Shown piece by piece: positions 29,541 through 39,658 of a DNA stretch of 64,000 bases. The notes under the pieces are model-generated. The model was not told the DNA's origin. It did no database searches and saw nothing but the letters and a program-made list of their open reading frames with translations. A program made the translations under genes and the position numbers. The DNA is from a virus. The DNA lies in IMG/VR virus record IMGVR_UViG_3300025853_008930, positions 1 through 64,000 of that record. One strand, written 5' to 3'. Numbering within the stretch: position 1 is the first letter of the stretch; the number at the start of each line of letters is the position of its first letter.

Positions 29541-30878
29541 TCACTGTATGTTTGTTATCTTTCCTTGACCCTTGAAGAAGGAACATCCGACTTCACCAAT
29601 TGTTCGATACAAAGCCCTGTTACCTAGAGTTCCAACACCGAATGGGTTTCCATTGGCGATACCATCTTCAAAGTATTGTGTTGGTTTCATAACCGATAGC
29701 CACAAATGGTCTGTATCAAGGAATAGTAAATCACTTAGTTTTGTTGAAGCACTACCTGTTTGGCACATATCCTTAACAGGGATTAGTGGAATATCGTAGT
29801 ATGTTGCTACTCTAAATCCAACTTCTTGACCTTTAACTCCTCTAACACCGTTTACAGTTGGCACGACTTCTTTTCTGTCCATGAATCTTTCTTGGCTTTG
29901 TAGTAAGTCAGCAAGTGCTTGAATAGTATCATAACCTGTTAGAATAACCTTTGGAGAACCACCGGCTAGTCTTAGGTTTCTAATCATATCATTTAGTCTT
30001 GTTAGAGTTAGTGAACGAACATCTCCTGCCGCATATCCACTACCAAAGTCTACTTCTGCATCAAGGAAAGATGCCGCAGTAAATCTCTCACTACCGTAAA
30101 TCTTTCCTAGAGCGTTAGAAGCGGAAGTTGTATCAGTAGCGATAACTCCACCGTCAATTGCTAGTAGTTCTGCTCTTGAGGTAATAACCTTGTTTAGAGA
30201 AGTATAGTTGTTTCCGATATTTGGCATAGCGGATGATTCACCATAATGCTCTAGTGGCATAACCAACATTTTGTTTTGAACTTCAGCGTGATGCTTACCC
30301 ATATCTTCACGCATTTGCGCTCTAATATCGCCAATACCATCATCAATTTGTGCCATTTCCATAGCAAGTTCACTGAAATCAAATTGATGTGCAACTACTT
30401 TAGGACTCATGTTGAGTTGTGCATAAGTTGGTGCAATTGGGCCAAGTCCATCTTGTGCTGTTGAAAGTCCTGCATTTTCAGGAACACCACCAATCATATC
30501 TGCTCTTGGGCTATCCGAACCTAGTTCTGCTAAGTTTTCTGTTCCGCTTGCATCAACAGTAAACAAGTTACCGCTTCCACCGGCAGGTCGTGACTTTAGA
30601 ACTCTCCAACCACTAGAAGAATATGGCCTCTTTGAAATCATTGAAAGAGCATTAACTTCTCTATTCAACATTGACCATACTTTCTGTCCGTAAACAATGT
30701 TGTAAAGTGCTGATACATCACTAACAGCACTACCGGAGAATGATGGAGAACCATCATGTCCTGTGTGTATTCCACCAATAGCACCGGCTTGCTTCAAAAG
30801 AGCGTTACCGGCAGGTAGATTGTTTATTCCATATGTGCTTGCTTCTAAATCTGCGATTGTGTTAATATAACCTGTCAT
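29541..30878 (-). CDS. Major capsid protein (HK97 fold)
   Basis: 445 aa directly after protease/scaffold; resembles archaeal tailed-virus MCPs; highly biased codon usage. Confidence 0.85.
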   Translation of the reverse strand: MTGYINTIADLEASTYGINNLPAGNALLKQAGAIGGIHTGHDGSPSFSGSAVSDVSALYNIVYGQKVWSMLNREVNALSMISKRPYSSSGWRVLKSRPAGGSGNLFTVDASGTENLAELGSDSPRADMIGGVPENAGLSTAQDGLGPIAPTYAQLNMSPKVVAHQFDFSELAMEMAQIDDGIGDIRAQMREDMGKHHAEVQNKMLVMPLEHYGESSAMPNIGNNYTSLNKVITSRAELLAIDGGVIATDTTSASNALGKIYGSERFTAASFLDAEVDFGSGYAAGDVRSLTLTRLNDMIRNLRLAGGSPKVILTGYDTIQALADLLQSQERFMDRKEVVPTVNGVRGVKGQEVGFRVATYYDIPLIPVKDMCQTGSASTKLSDLLFLDTDHLWLSVMKPTQYFEDGIANGNPFGVGTLGNRALYRTIGEVGCSFFKGQGKITNIQ

Positions 30879-30879
30879 C

Positions 30880-32112
30880 TTAAATTCCTCCTACCATTTT
30901 GTGAATGTCCGACCAATCCATTTCAGCCATCTCATCCATACTTGGGAGTTTAATTGCGGATTCTTCTTGAGCCTTTAGGATAGTTTCCTTTTCTGCTGTC
31001 AAAGATTTCCTTAGTTGTGTAAATTCATCTTTAAGAGAAGCAATCTCGCTTTGTGCATCATAGTTTTGCTTTGCGATAACATTCTCTCTTGTTGAAACTT
31101 CTCTTGCGAATCTTGCTTCAAAAGACTTCTTTAGGTTGTCATAAGCAAGTGATTCAAGTTGTTCTTGTCGGAAAGCCTCATATGCTTTCTCAATGTTTCC
31201 AACTGACAAATCAAGAGTATCAAATTCTCCATTGTTAAATGCCTTTACAACAGGCATGTCGGATGAAGTTGGCTTACCGTTGTTAATAACAATACGGTCA
31301 GCAGGTTCTCCAATTTGGTTTCCTGCACCATCAAGAGTTCTCAAGTAAGCCTTTGCTTCTTCATCTTGGTATTCTCCCATTCCCTTCTCATCTTCTGCAT
31401 CCATGTCTTCTTCATCTTCTTTGTCCATGCCGTAGTCTCCTCTCTCCATGTCATCATCAGCCATTTCTGTTTCTTTCATACCCTTTTCATCAAGAGCCTC
31501 TTCTTCTTTACGAAGCGTATTTACTTCTTCTAGCAAAGTGTCTAGTTCTGCTAGGGCTTTTTCCAGTTTATCACTCATATTATTGTCTCCTTTATCTTGT
31601 TTCAAAATATCGAATCTCGCTTCGGGGTTAATTCCTTTTTCGCATATAGTAATTTCATGCAATTCTAACTTGCTGATTTCATTATACTCACCCAAGTTTT
31701 CATTACTTTTCTTTACTTTTTGGAGGGCTTGACCTCCTATGCTAAAAGACCTTAATGACCCTTTGCGAATGTTTCTGCCAACTTCTTTGGCTTTTTCTAT
31801 ATCATCTCGTAGTTTAATTACTACAAAGAAACCAACATCATCTACTTCAGATTTCCAAAGTCTACCTGTGCTGTCTCTATAAGAATCCACAACTTCTCCA
31901 ACTTGAACATTGGAATGGTTTGTCATGACATTTCTAAATTTAGAATCTTTCATGAACTTAACAACTGCTTCTTTCAAAGCAGATAGTGTAATTAAATCAT
32001 TTTGCTTATCAACAATTTCAATGCTAGCATAGCCGCCAATCATTAAGTCGTCACTTCTAGCCTTAAGGATGGTAAACCCATCATTCCTAGTTGCTAGAAC
32101 TGCCGATGCCAT
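30880..32112 (-). CDS. Prohead protease (HK97 family) fused to scaffold
   Basis: IGGYAS..VDKQND, H (MTNHS), SFSIGG and LHEITICEKGINPEA motifs; acidic coiled-coil C-terminal half. Confidence 0.85.
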   Translation of the reverse strand: MASAVLATRNDGFTILKARSDDLMIGGYASIEIVDKQNDLITLSALKEAVVKFMKDSKFRNVMTNHSNVQVGEVVDSYRDSTGRLWKSEVDDVGFFVVIKLRDDIEKAKEVGRNIRKGSLRSFSIGGQALQKVKKSNENLGEYNEISKLELHEITICEKGINPEARFDILKQDKGDNNMSDKLEKALAELDTLLEEVNTLRKEEEALDEKGMKETEMADDDMERGDYGMDKEDEEDMDAEDEKGMGEYQDEEAKAYLRTLDGAGNQIGEPADRIVINNGKPTSSDMPVVKAFNNGEFDTLDLSVGNIEKAYEAFRQEQLESLAYDNLKKSFEARFAREVSTRENVIAKQNYDAQSEIASLKDEFTQLRKSLTAEKETILKAQEESAIKLPSMDEMAEMDWSDIHKMVGGI

Positions 32113-32171
32113 TTCGCTCAAAGGGAAAAAATTTCCTTTTAATATATAATACACACGGTTATTTTAAACAA

Positions 32172-34721
32172 TTAATCCTCTTTTGGAGGTAATTCAAGAC
32201 TACTATATTTATCTTCATAAATATTCCATAATCCTTTATCAGCATCAGTATCAGCAGGTTTTTGTTCATAGCCTGTCCATGCTAGCCACATTTTCTTTCC
32301 TTTAACTTCAAGCATTCTAACATGAAGTTTAGTTTCAAACTTATTACCCTCTAAGAAATATTCGTGATAGCCTTCCTTTTGAACACCTAACTTAACATCA
32401 CCACTATCAATCAATTTACGCTTGGATATGTTCTTAGCAACAATAGCAGGGAACTTCCCTGCCTTGCCAAATAGTTCAAAGACATCATCTTGTGAATCTA
32501 ATCTAACCATCCAATTAATGCTTTCATCACCTAACTTCATTACTATGTTTAGGCTATCGTCGTCTCTAAGATATATTTTAAACTCGCCACTTCTGTATTT
32601 TTCAGGTGTCTCATATTCTTTCTTGATAGTGTCCATTAATATCTTATCATGCTCGGCAAACAACTTTTTTGTTTTAGCATCAAAGGATATTCCATCTCTA
32701 TTTTCAAACCAATCCTTAACTCTACTTTCTTTGCTTTCTAATATATCTTGATATTCTTTTTTATTATTCTTTACCAAAAAGTTGTGAACTTCTTTAGGAG
32801 TCTTTGCTCCTTTCTCTTTCAAGTAATTAAATATAGCAACAGTAAGTTTAGATTGTTTCGTTTTCATTATCTCTTCTGCTTGTTCTTTCCACAAGTCTAA
32901 ATCCATTAAGGCATTTTTAGCCATTAGATTATCTTGCTCAAAGCCATAGATAGTAAAACCATCCATATCGCTCTTAATTATAATGCTAGCCTCACCGTGA
33001 ATATGGTCAGTAATTACAATGCCTTTCTCTACTTCTTCTACATTATATTTGAGAGACTTGTCAGTATCATTGATTAGCATTTGTAATGTAACTAATTTAT
33101 CCGGTGTTTTACTTTCTGCAATCTCAGTTATCTTTGCGGAATAAACTACAGGCTTACCCTTGACTTCTTTTACCTTATCAATAGAGACTCTAACTACTTC
33201 TCCAACATCTGCTGAAACTTTAGTGTTAGTAGCACTACCAACTTCAAGATAGTTTACTCCTTCTATCTTTTCATCTCCTTCTTCAACCGGCCCTGCCCCT
33301 AATTTGTAAGAAAAGTTAGAACCGTTTTTCTTTTTATCAAGAACAATTAAATCTAGTTCTACAAATGGTTTCCAACGAATCCACTTAGGATTCTTTTTCG
33401 TTCCCAAGAAATATGTAGATGTAGAATCTTTAATCATAGCCCCTTCTGCTGTTGGTATTTCCATAATTTTCTTAGCATATTCTTCAACATCTTTTAGGCT
33501 GTCTGCAACCCTAGTATCTTTTTTAGATGGGAATGTTAAGTCCTCACTAGAATGTATAGAATAGTTGTTAAACATTATTTGCATTCTATTTTGTAGCGTA
33601 TCTTCCATGAGGTTTTCTTCATTGTGTCTCATAATGTCAAACACATGAATTCTAACCTTGCCTTCTCTTTTTCCCTCTAAGTATTCTGCGGCTTCTTTTC
33701 TTTTAAGAGAATCTTCTCCGTCAAATAAAACTAAAGAAGCATCTAAGATACAATCACCAAAATGTTTTTTCTTTAGTTCCTCAACTGCTTCTTTACACTT
33801 TGATGTAATGTCTTTTCCTGTATAATCATAGACTTTTATATTCTTATCTATTTTATGTAATTGAATTCTAAAACCATCGTATTTTTCTTGAACATAAAAC
33901 TCACCACTAAATCCCTTTAGTTCGTTCATATCTTCTATTGTAAATATTCTATACATTGGTTTGTTAGGGATTATGAAATCACTTTGGGCTTTTTCTTCAT
34001 CGGACTTCTTTTCTTTTAGAATAACTTTATCGTCTTGTTCCTTATCTTTAGTGGCTTTTTCTTCATCCATATCTGTATCTATGTCTTCTAATTCAGCCCA
34101 CTCTTCTTTAGTGTTTTTAGATAAGAATATTAATTCTAACATATTCATAGCGGCTTTTACTTTAGCCTCTACTTTTTTAGAGTCTTTACCATCACCATAA
34201 TGTTCTATAATGTAAAGTGCAACATCATCTACTTCTAGGTCTAATCCCATAAGTCCTTCTGTGATGTCATCCGGTTTCATATCTTTAATTGAATATGCTT
34301 CTTTTGGTAGTGCTTTATCATCTTCTCTAATAGCATAATGAACAAACTTAATCATAAGTTCGGGTGATTCTAATAATGCTTCTAATACATTGCCTTTGAA
34401 TTTTTTAGCGAAGGGGTCACTAACTTCTTCCGAAGAATACCTAAGTGCCTTTATTGCTTCATACAATTTTTCAGCATTATTTGTGCTAACATCGGAGACA
34501 TCATCCGCCTCTAATAAGTCATCATCAATATAATCCTTGAGTTCATTTGAAAGAGCATCCGTCATTTCATATGCGTCTTTAATTCTATTTACTGCGTTTC
34601 TCCATTTAGAACCGTATTCCTTTGGGTCGGTTCTTGCTGAAAGATAAGCGACTCTCGTTCTTTCAAAGAGTCTTAGAATATCTGTGGATATTGACTTATC
34701 CTTCTCAATAAGGAGAGGCAT
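32172..34721 (-). CDS. ATP-dependent DNA ligase with N- and C-terminal extensions
   Basis: EKYDG (motif I), FDIM, EGAMIK, WIRWKP, OB fold. Confidence 0.85.
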   Translation of the reverse strand: MPLLIEKDKSISTDILRLFERTRVAYLSARTDPKEYGSKWRNAVNRIKDAYEMTDALSNELKDYIDDDLLEADDVSDVSTNNAEKLYEAIKALRYSSEEVSDPFAKKFKGNVLEALLESPELMIKFVHYAIREDDKALPKEAYSIKDMKPDDITEGLMGLDLEVDDVALYIIEHYGDGKDSKKVEAKVKAAMNMLELIFLSKNTKEEWAELEDIDTDMDEEKATKDKEQDDKVILKEKKSDEEKAQSDFIIPNKPMYRIFTIEDMNELKGFSGEFYVQEKYDGFRIQLHKIDKNIKVYDYTGKDITSKCKEAVEELKKKHFGDCILDASLVLFDGEDSLKRKEAAEYLEGKREGKVRIHVFDIMRHNEENLMEDTLQNRMQIMFNNYSIHSSEDLTFPSKKDTRVADSLKDVEEYAKKIMEIPTAEGAMIKDSTSTYFLGTKKNPKWIRWKPFVELDLIVLDKKKNGSNFSYKLGAGPVEEGDEKIEGVNYLEVGSATNTKVSADVGEVVRVSIDKVKEVKGKPVVYSAKITEIAESKTPDKLVTLQMLINDTDKSLKYNVEEVEKGIVITDHIHGEASIIIKSDMDGFTIYGFEQDNLMAKNALMDLDLWKEQAEEIMKTKQSKLTVAIFNYLKEKGAKTPKEVHNFLVKNNKKEYQDILESKESRVKDWFENRDGISFDAKTKKLFAEHDKILMDTIKKEYETPEKYRSGEFKIYLRDDDSLNIVMKLGDESINWMVRLDSQDDVFELFGKAGKFPAIVAKNISKRKLIDSGDVKLGVQKEGYHEYFLEGNKFETKLHVRMLEVKGKKMWLAWTGYEQKPADTDADKGLWNIYEDKYSSLELPPKED

Positions 34722-34727
34722 GTGGCA

Positions 34728-35246
34728 TCACTTTGTTATTGGCCCAACTCTATCTTTTTTGAGTCTTGGACTTGTTGGAGGAATGACTTTTATTTTTTCA
34801 ATAATATATCTTTCCGAACTACCATCTGCTGACTTGGCTATAATCTGTAATTTTGCATCAGCAATAAAACTAGGATTAGATGAGGAAGAAGATTCTTGTT
34901 TTACATCACCAAATCGGTTAGCAAGGGTTTCCGTAAGTTTATCCATAGAAAATGTTTTACCAATCAAGGATTTTCCAACTAATTGTAAACCCCCCTCATC
35001 TTGTTTCTTCAAACTCTCACCTGCTAAACCATAGCCTTCTTTCTTTTGAGTTTGATTAGTAATCTTAGAAGCGTCTTGCACCTTTGGCCTCTTAATCTTC
35101 TCAACTTCGGGGTCTGTATCTATTTCCAATACTTGAGTTGGCTCAATGTTCTTTCTTTGTTTTGCGCTTAATTCTTCCTTAGCCTTTCTTGCTTTTTCGA
35201 TAGCAAGACTAATTATTCTTTCTTCTTTTGTTACTCTTTCCGGCAC
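34728..35246 (-). CDS. Hypothetical head-module protein
   Basis: Coupled ORF. Confidence 0.55.
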   Translation of the reverse strand: MPERVTKEERIISLAIEKARKAKEELSAKQRKNIEPTQVLEIDTDPEVEKIKRPKVQDASKITNQTQKKEGYGLAGESLKKQDEGGLQLVGKSLIGKTFSMDKLTETLANRFGDVKQESSSSSNPSFIADAKLQIIAKSADGSSERYIIEKIKVIPPTSPRLKKDRVGPITK

Positions 35247-35494
35247 TACTGACCACCTACATTTTCTACCATCTTATGAATGTCTTTCCATTCCATGTTT
35301 CCTACATCCTTTAATGGAGAACCACCAATGGTTCCGTTATTCATCTTAGGAGTCGGACTATCAACAACAACAAAGCCGGACTTCATTAGTAAGTTATCGT
35401 CATTGTAAACTGCTTTCTCTAAACTTTCTATCTTAGCACTAAGGGCTTTAATAATCTCAAGTAGTTCTTGATTAATTGTATTTTCTTCACTCAT
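35246..35494 (-). CDS. Small coiled-coil protein ending in scaffold-like WKDIHKMV motif
   Basis: C-terminus MEWKDIHKMVENVGGQ versus scaffold MDWSDIHKMVGGI. Confidence 0.65.
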   Translation of the reverse strand: MSEENTINQELLEIIKALSAKIESLEKAVYNDDNLLMKSGFVVVDSPTPKMNNGTIGGSPLKDVGNMEWKDIHKMVENVGGQ

Positions 35495-35499
35495 ATTTA

Positions 35500-35688
35500 T
35501 CACTTCATTTTATCCGCTAGGACAAACGGTGGACTCCCGTTATACACAAGAACCTTCTCACGGTTCTTATTAAAAATATATCCTATTGCGTATATTGCCT
35601 TTCCAGTATCCAAGTCTTTTCTTTCTCTCACAACTATTCTCTTAGTGTATAGAGGCAAGTCTTCTTTAATTATATTTTTCCAACTCAT
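35500..35688 (-). CDS. WxxILK-leader protein
   Basis: MSWKNIIKE. Confidence 0.6.
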   Translation of the reverse strand: MSWKNIIKEDLPLYTKRIVVRERKDLDTGKAIYAIGYIFNKNREKVLVYNGSPPFVLADKMK

Positions 35689-36047
35689 CTCTTTTCCTCC
35701 TTTGGTGGATATACTAAATCTCTTAGTTGTCTGTAAAGCAACTCATAGTCCTTACGGAGTTCGGTAGCCGAAGCGACTATATCTACATTCCGTTCATCCA
35801 TAGACTTCATTTTCTTTGTAAGTTTTTTATCGGACTTAACTAACTCTACATCTTTTAATGCTCTAATTAACTCACCTAACTTAGTAAAATCTTGACCAAA
35901 AAATTCTGTTGGTTGTGCGGCTTGTAGTGTTTTCTTTAGACGCTTAGTTTGTTTCTTATCTAATGTGTCTAATATATTCTTCTTTATTTTTTCTTCTTTC
36001 TTTATGGTAAATTCTTTACCTTCTTCATAATAATCCCATGTCATCAC
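35685..36047 (-). CDS. Hypothetical helical protein
   Basis: Coupled ORF. Confidence 0.6.
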   Translation of the reverse strand: MMTWDYYEEGKEFTIKKEEKIKKNILDTLDKKQTKRLKKTLQAAQPTEFFGQDFTKLGELIRALKDVELVKSDKKLTKKMKSMDERNVDIVASATELRKDYELLYRQLRDLVYPPKEEKR

Positions 36048-39000
36048 TTATCACCTTTTTTTCCAATACCCATAGCCTGACTATAAAGAGACAGTATTCT
36101 TTCTAAATATCCTAGTGGTTCTGTTTTGTCATCTAATTGTCCTTTCTCATCTATTCTATTCAAATTAGTTTCTAGGGTTTTAAGTTGTTCTATTTTAAAA
36201 TCCACTACATCTATAAATTGAACTTCTAATCTATTTGCGGCCTTAACTGATTCTTCGTGTTCTTTTTCTAATCTTCTTAACTCTCTTAGATAGTCTCTAA
36301 ACTCATCAACTGCAAAAGCCGCTAATGTCATTCGACTGAAGCCTTCCTTTTCGGGGTCTAATACTTCTGCTGTCTTTTCTTCTTTTATTTGCCTTCCAAT
36401 ATCAAAAGCATCATATAACGAAACTAGTTCCTTTTCTCCCTGCCTTCCATCAATCATGGGTATGTATTCAAATCTTAATTGAGACAAGTCCATAAAGGTT
36501 TTATTTTTACTAAATGCTTCTATTAAATTCTCAATTCCTTTGTTTACTTCTTTGATATTCTCGTTATATCTATCAATGATTCCCTTAGACCTATCTCTAA
36601 CTTTATTGGTTAAAAGGTATTTTTCTATTGCTTTTTGTATATTTTTTAATGCATCTTTTTTAATTTTAGGAACCCTTAGAAGTCTTTTATCCTCAACCAC
36701 TATTAGTATATCACTAAGTTTTGGATATAACTTATCTATGATAGTGAATACCTCTTTGCCCGTCAATGGAACGATGTCTTTTGTTAAGGAAACAGGTAAA
36801 TCTAAATACATTTTTAATGCTCTTTCTGTTATTGTTTCTTCCAGTTCTCCTGTGGGTATTTCTTTAAGAGCATTAGTAACAATGACTTCTTTAGGCTTTC
36901 TTGCATAAGCCCCACCCTTAAAATCTCTAACATCTTTTTGAGTCATAAATTTAAATTCTTCTTTTACAGTCGTTAGTTTTCTTACAGTATTAGCATCAAT
37001 AAGTTCTCGTTCAATCTTTTTAGTATAGGCTTGTGCTATTTTTGCTATTCTTTTCTTGTCTTTTCCTGCGTAAATAGAATCTCTTTCTCCTTCTAATTGC
37101 CCTATTATATTTTGAAAACTCGCAAGCATTTCAGTAAAATCATCTAGTGCATCAAAAAGATTTTCTCCGGTTTCAGCATCTTTGATATTTTTCTTCAAAA
37201 ATTCAGAAATAGCCTTGTAGTTTTTTTCTGCCCTAGACTTATTTTGTTCGGCAAATTCTTTTTTCATCAATTGATTAGATTTCATTAATATCCGTAGTTC
37301 TTGACGAACCTTATCTAGTAATTTTTGTCCTTCTTTGCTTAGAGTTTTCTCCTTTATTTTTCCCTCTTTAGGGTCAAAATCTTGAAGACCGGCTATTGCT
37401 TTTATCTTCTTTTTGATTTGTTCTTCAGTATAATTCAAAATTTGTATTTGTTTAGAAGGTTTACCGGCTTTCAACTCTTTTTCTAGTCTTTCTGCCCTTT
37501 CTATGTATCTATCCCAAACCTGTTCTAATACTTCGGGAGTTGTTAGTTTTTCATTATCTTTTGATTCTATTGAAGGAAAGTAAGAAACATATTTTGGTTT
37601 TTCTATTTCTTTGTTATACCTCAAACCTTTTTCATCTAAGGTTATTTTCTTTACCATCGGTGTAACAGTTTTTGCCCGAACCTTCAAGTCTCCTTCTGTG
37701 TCTTTTTCATCATTCACAACTATGCTATCATCTACCGTTAATACTCCACTAATTATTCGCATTTTAGCAAGTCTCTCTAATACCTTGAAAAGACCTGTAG
37801 ATGCTTCTTCTTCTGCTTTTATGTATTTATTTACAACAGTCTTTGGTATTCCTATACCTGCAATCATCATTTTTCTGCGTCTATCTGTTATCTTTTTGAA
37901 TCTCTTTTCTTTGATACTTCTCAACTTCTTTCTTTTCTTTTTAGTTTCAGTATCTATACCTTGAACAGTTCTTCCTGTAAGTTCTTCAAATGTATCTGCA
38001 ACGACATCCATTACTTTACTATCTTTCAAAATACTACTAAGACCATCTATTACTGCTTTCAGTGTATTAACTCCTTTTTCTCCGTCAGCAAGTGGAGAGT
38101 CCCTAGCATCCCACATCCACTTTCCTTTTACTTTCTTAGCATCAAAATACCTAAACATTTCACCAGTATCTTGTTTCTTGAATTGTAATTTTTTTCTTTC
38201 TGCTTCTCTTTGTCTTCTTGAAGCATCCGATAACACCCCCGAACCTGCTCTTTTTCCTCTTATTCTTTCTTTATCAAAGACTTTTCTTCCAAACAACTCT
38301 CTTTTAGGGTATTTATCTTCCGAAAGACTAGATTCTTCCGGTTTTGTTTTTGGAGATTCTTCTTTTGGCTTCATCCTGTTTAAAACAATATTTATTCCAT
38401 CCATAATAAATTGAGGATTATCATAATTAGTATTTTTAAACATAGTTCTTAACTTATTAGAAGCACCAGTTTTACCGCCTTTCTCTAAGTTTTCTTTTAC
38501 TTCTTCAAGATTTTTCAACAAGAAATCAAAAAATTTAGGAGTGCTTTCACTAACTTCTTGTTCTTTTCTTTTGTCAGCAAACAATTTGTTATCTACTACT
38601 TCTTTTCTGTTTGCTAGCATATCTATGAAGTCTTGAATTTTCTTTCCTTTTTCGGGATTTTCTTTCTTTGTTTTGTTAAGAGCAGTAACTAGTTGATTGT
38701 ATATTTTGATATAAGTGTTTTTTATTTTTCCATATCCAGTGGTATCTTTCATTCCCTTCGGGCTTTCTTTACCCGACGCTAATCTATCTAGTTGGGTTTT
38801 TATCTGCTTATCGCTTAATCTCTTTCCTTTGCGCTGTAGCCTAATTGTTTTCTTAGACATTGTATCTAATACCCTTTTAACTTCGGGATTATCTTTGAGT
38901 GTTTCTAATTCTGCTACAGTGTCTTTACCGCTATAAATTCCCAACAATCTTTTTGGGCTTATTGCTTCAAAATCGCTTTCTTCCGGTGAAGTCGGCTGAA

Positions 39001-39421
39001 AAAAAGGTTTACCCTTTCTTGCTTTACGCCTTATTACTTCTAGTCTTCTTTCCTCAAACTCATCAATATTTTTTTTCTTTTTTGCATCGAATTTGGCTTT
39101 TTCTTTACTCCATAGTTTTAGGGCTTCGTTTTGTCTCTTTTGTCGTGCCTTTCTCTCTCTTTCCAATACTTTGAGTCTAACAGGGTCTAAATAAGGACTT
39201 TGTTTAAACTCTTTTTCTTTTCTTTTTTGTTCTTCATGCAATCTAACAGACTCAAAATATGCTTCTGCTTTTTTTCGTTGTTCGGGAGTTAGATTGTTCA
39301 TAACAATCATTTGAACCGGATTATATTTAAGAATAGCCTTATCCTGTAACTCTTCTATCAAACACTTCAAAAGAAAATGAAGGTCATCTTCTCTATTGTG
39401 TAAGATAGCCTTCATAAACAT
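36044..39421 (-). CDS. Very large K/E/R-rich protein (1125 aa)
   Basis: Long ORF downstream of portal. Confidence 0.65.
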   Translation of the reverse strand: MFMKAILHNREDDLHFLLKCLIEELQDKAILKYNPVQMIVMNNLTPEQRKKAEAYFESVRLHEEQKRKEKEFKQSPYLDPVRLKVLERERKARQKRQNEALKLWSKEKAKFDAKKKKNIDEFEERRLEVIRRKARKGKPFFQPTSPEESDFEAISPKRLLGIYSGKDTVAELETLKDNPEVKRVLDTMSKKTIRLQRKGKRLSDKQIKTQLDRLASGKESPKGMKDTTGYGKIKNTYIKIYNQLVTALNKTKKENPEKGKKIQDFIDMLANRKEVVDNKLFADKRKEQEVSESTPKFFDFLLKNLEEVKENLEKGGKTGASNKLRTMFKNTNYDNPQFIMDGINIVLNRMKPKEESPKTKPEESSLSEDKYPKRELFGRKVFDKERIRGKRAGSGVLSDASRRQREAERKKLQFKKQDTGEMFRYFDAKKVKGKWMWDARDSPLADGEKGVNTLKAVIDGLSSILKDSKVMDVVADTFEELTGRTVQGIDTETKKKRKKLRSIKEKRFKKITDRRRKMMIAGIGIPKTVVNKYIKAEEEASTGLFKVLERLAKMRIISGVLTVDDSIVVNDEKDTEGDLKVRAKTVTPMVKKITLDEKGLRYNKEIEKPKYVSYFPSIESKDNEKLTTPEVLEQVWDRYIERAERLEKELKAGKPSKQIQILNYTEEQIKKKIKAIAGLQDFDPKEGKIKEKTLSKEGQKLLDKVRQELRILMKSNQLMKKEFAEQNKSRAEKNYKAISEFLKKNIKDAETGENLFDALDDFTEMLASFQNIIGQLEGERDSIYAGKDKKRIAKIAQAYTKKIERELIDANTVRKLTTVKEEFKFMTQKDVRDFKGGAYARKPKEVIVTNALKEIPTGELEETITERALKMYLDLPVSLTKDIVPLTGKEVFTIIDKLYPKLSDILIVVEDKRLLRVPKIKKDALKNIQKAIEKYLLTNKVRDRSKGIIDRYNENIKEVNKGIENLIEAFSKNKTFMDLSQLRFEYIPMIDGRQGEKELVSLYDAFDIGRQIKEEKTAEVLDPEKEGFSRMTLAAFAVDEFRDYLRELRRLEKEHEESVKAANRLEVQFIDVVDFKIEQLKTLETNLNRIDEKGQLDDKTEPLGYLERILSLYSQAMGIGKKGDK

Positions 39422-39430
39422 ATTATCGCC

Positions 39431-39658
39431 TCAAAATGGAATATTCTCTTTCTTACCTCTCCTCTTTTGTGGGGGTAAGATAACATCGGGAACATCATTA
39501 GATGCTCTTATTGCTTTATGAGTTGTATCCGGTGGTAGTCCACCAACAGAAAAATCACGATTCTTCGTGGTCTTTCTAGTATCATTTGCATTCTGTGTTC
39601 TAACTTTCGCTAATTCTTTCTTTAGTCTAATCTCTTTCTGTCTATTATCTTCTGTCAT
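39431..39658 (-). CDS. Hypothetical protein
   Basis: Coupled to the portal stop. Confidence 0.55.
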   Translation of the reverse strand: MTEDNRQKEIRLKKELAKVRTQNANDTRKTTKNRDFSVGGLPPDTTHKAIRASNDVPDVILPPQKRRGKKENIPF

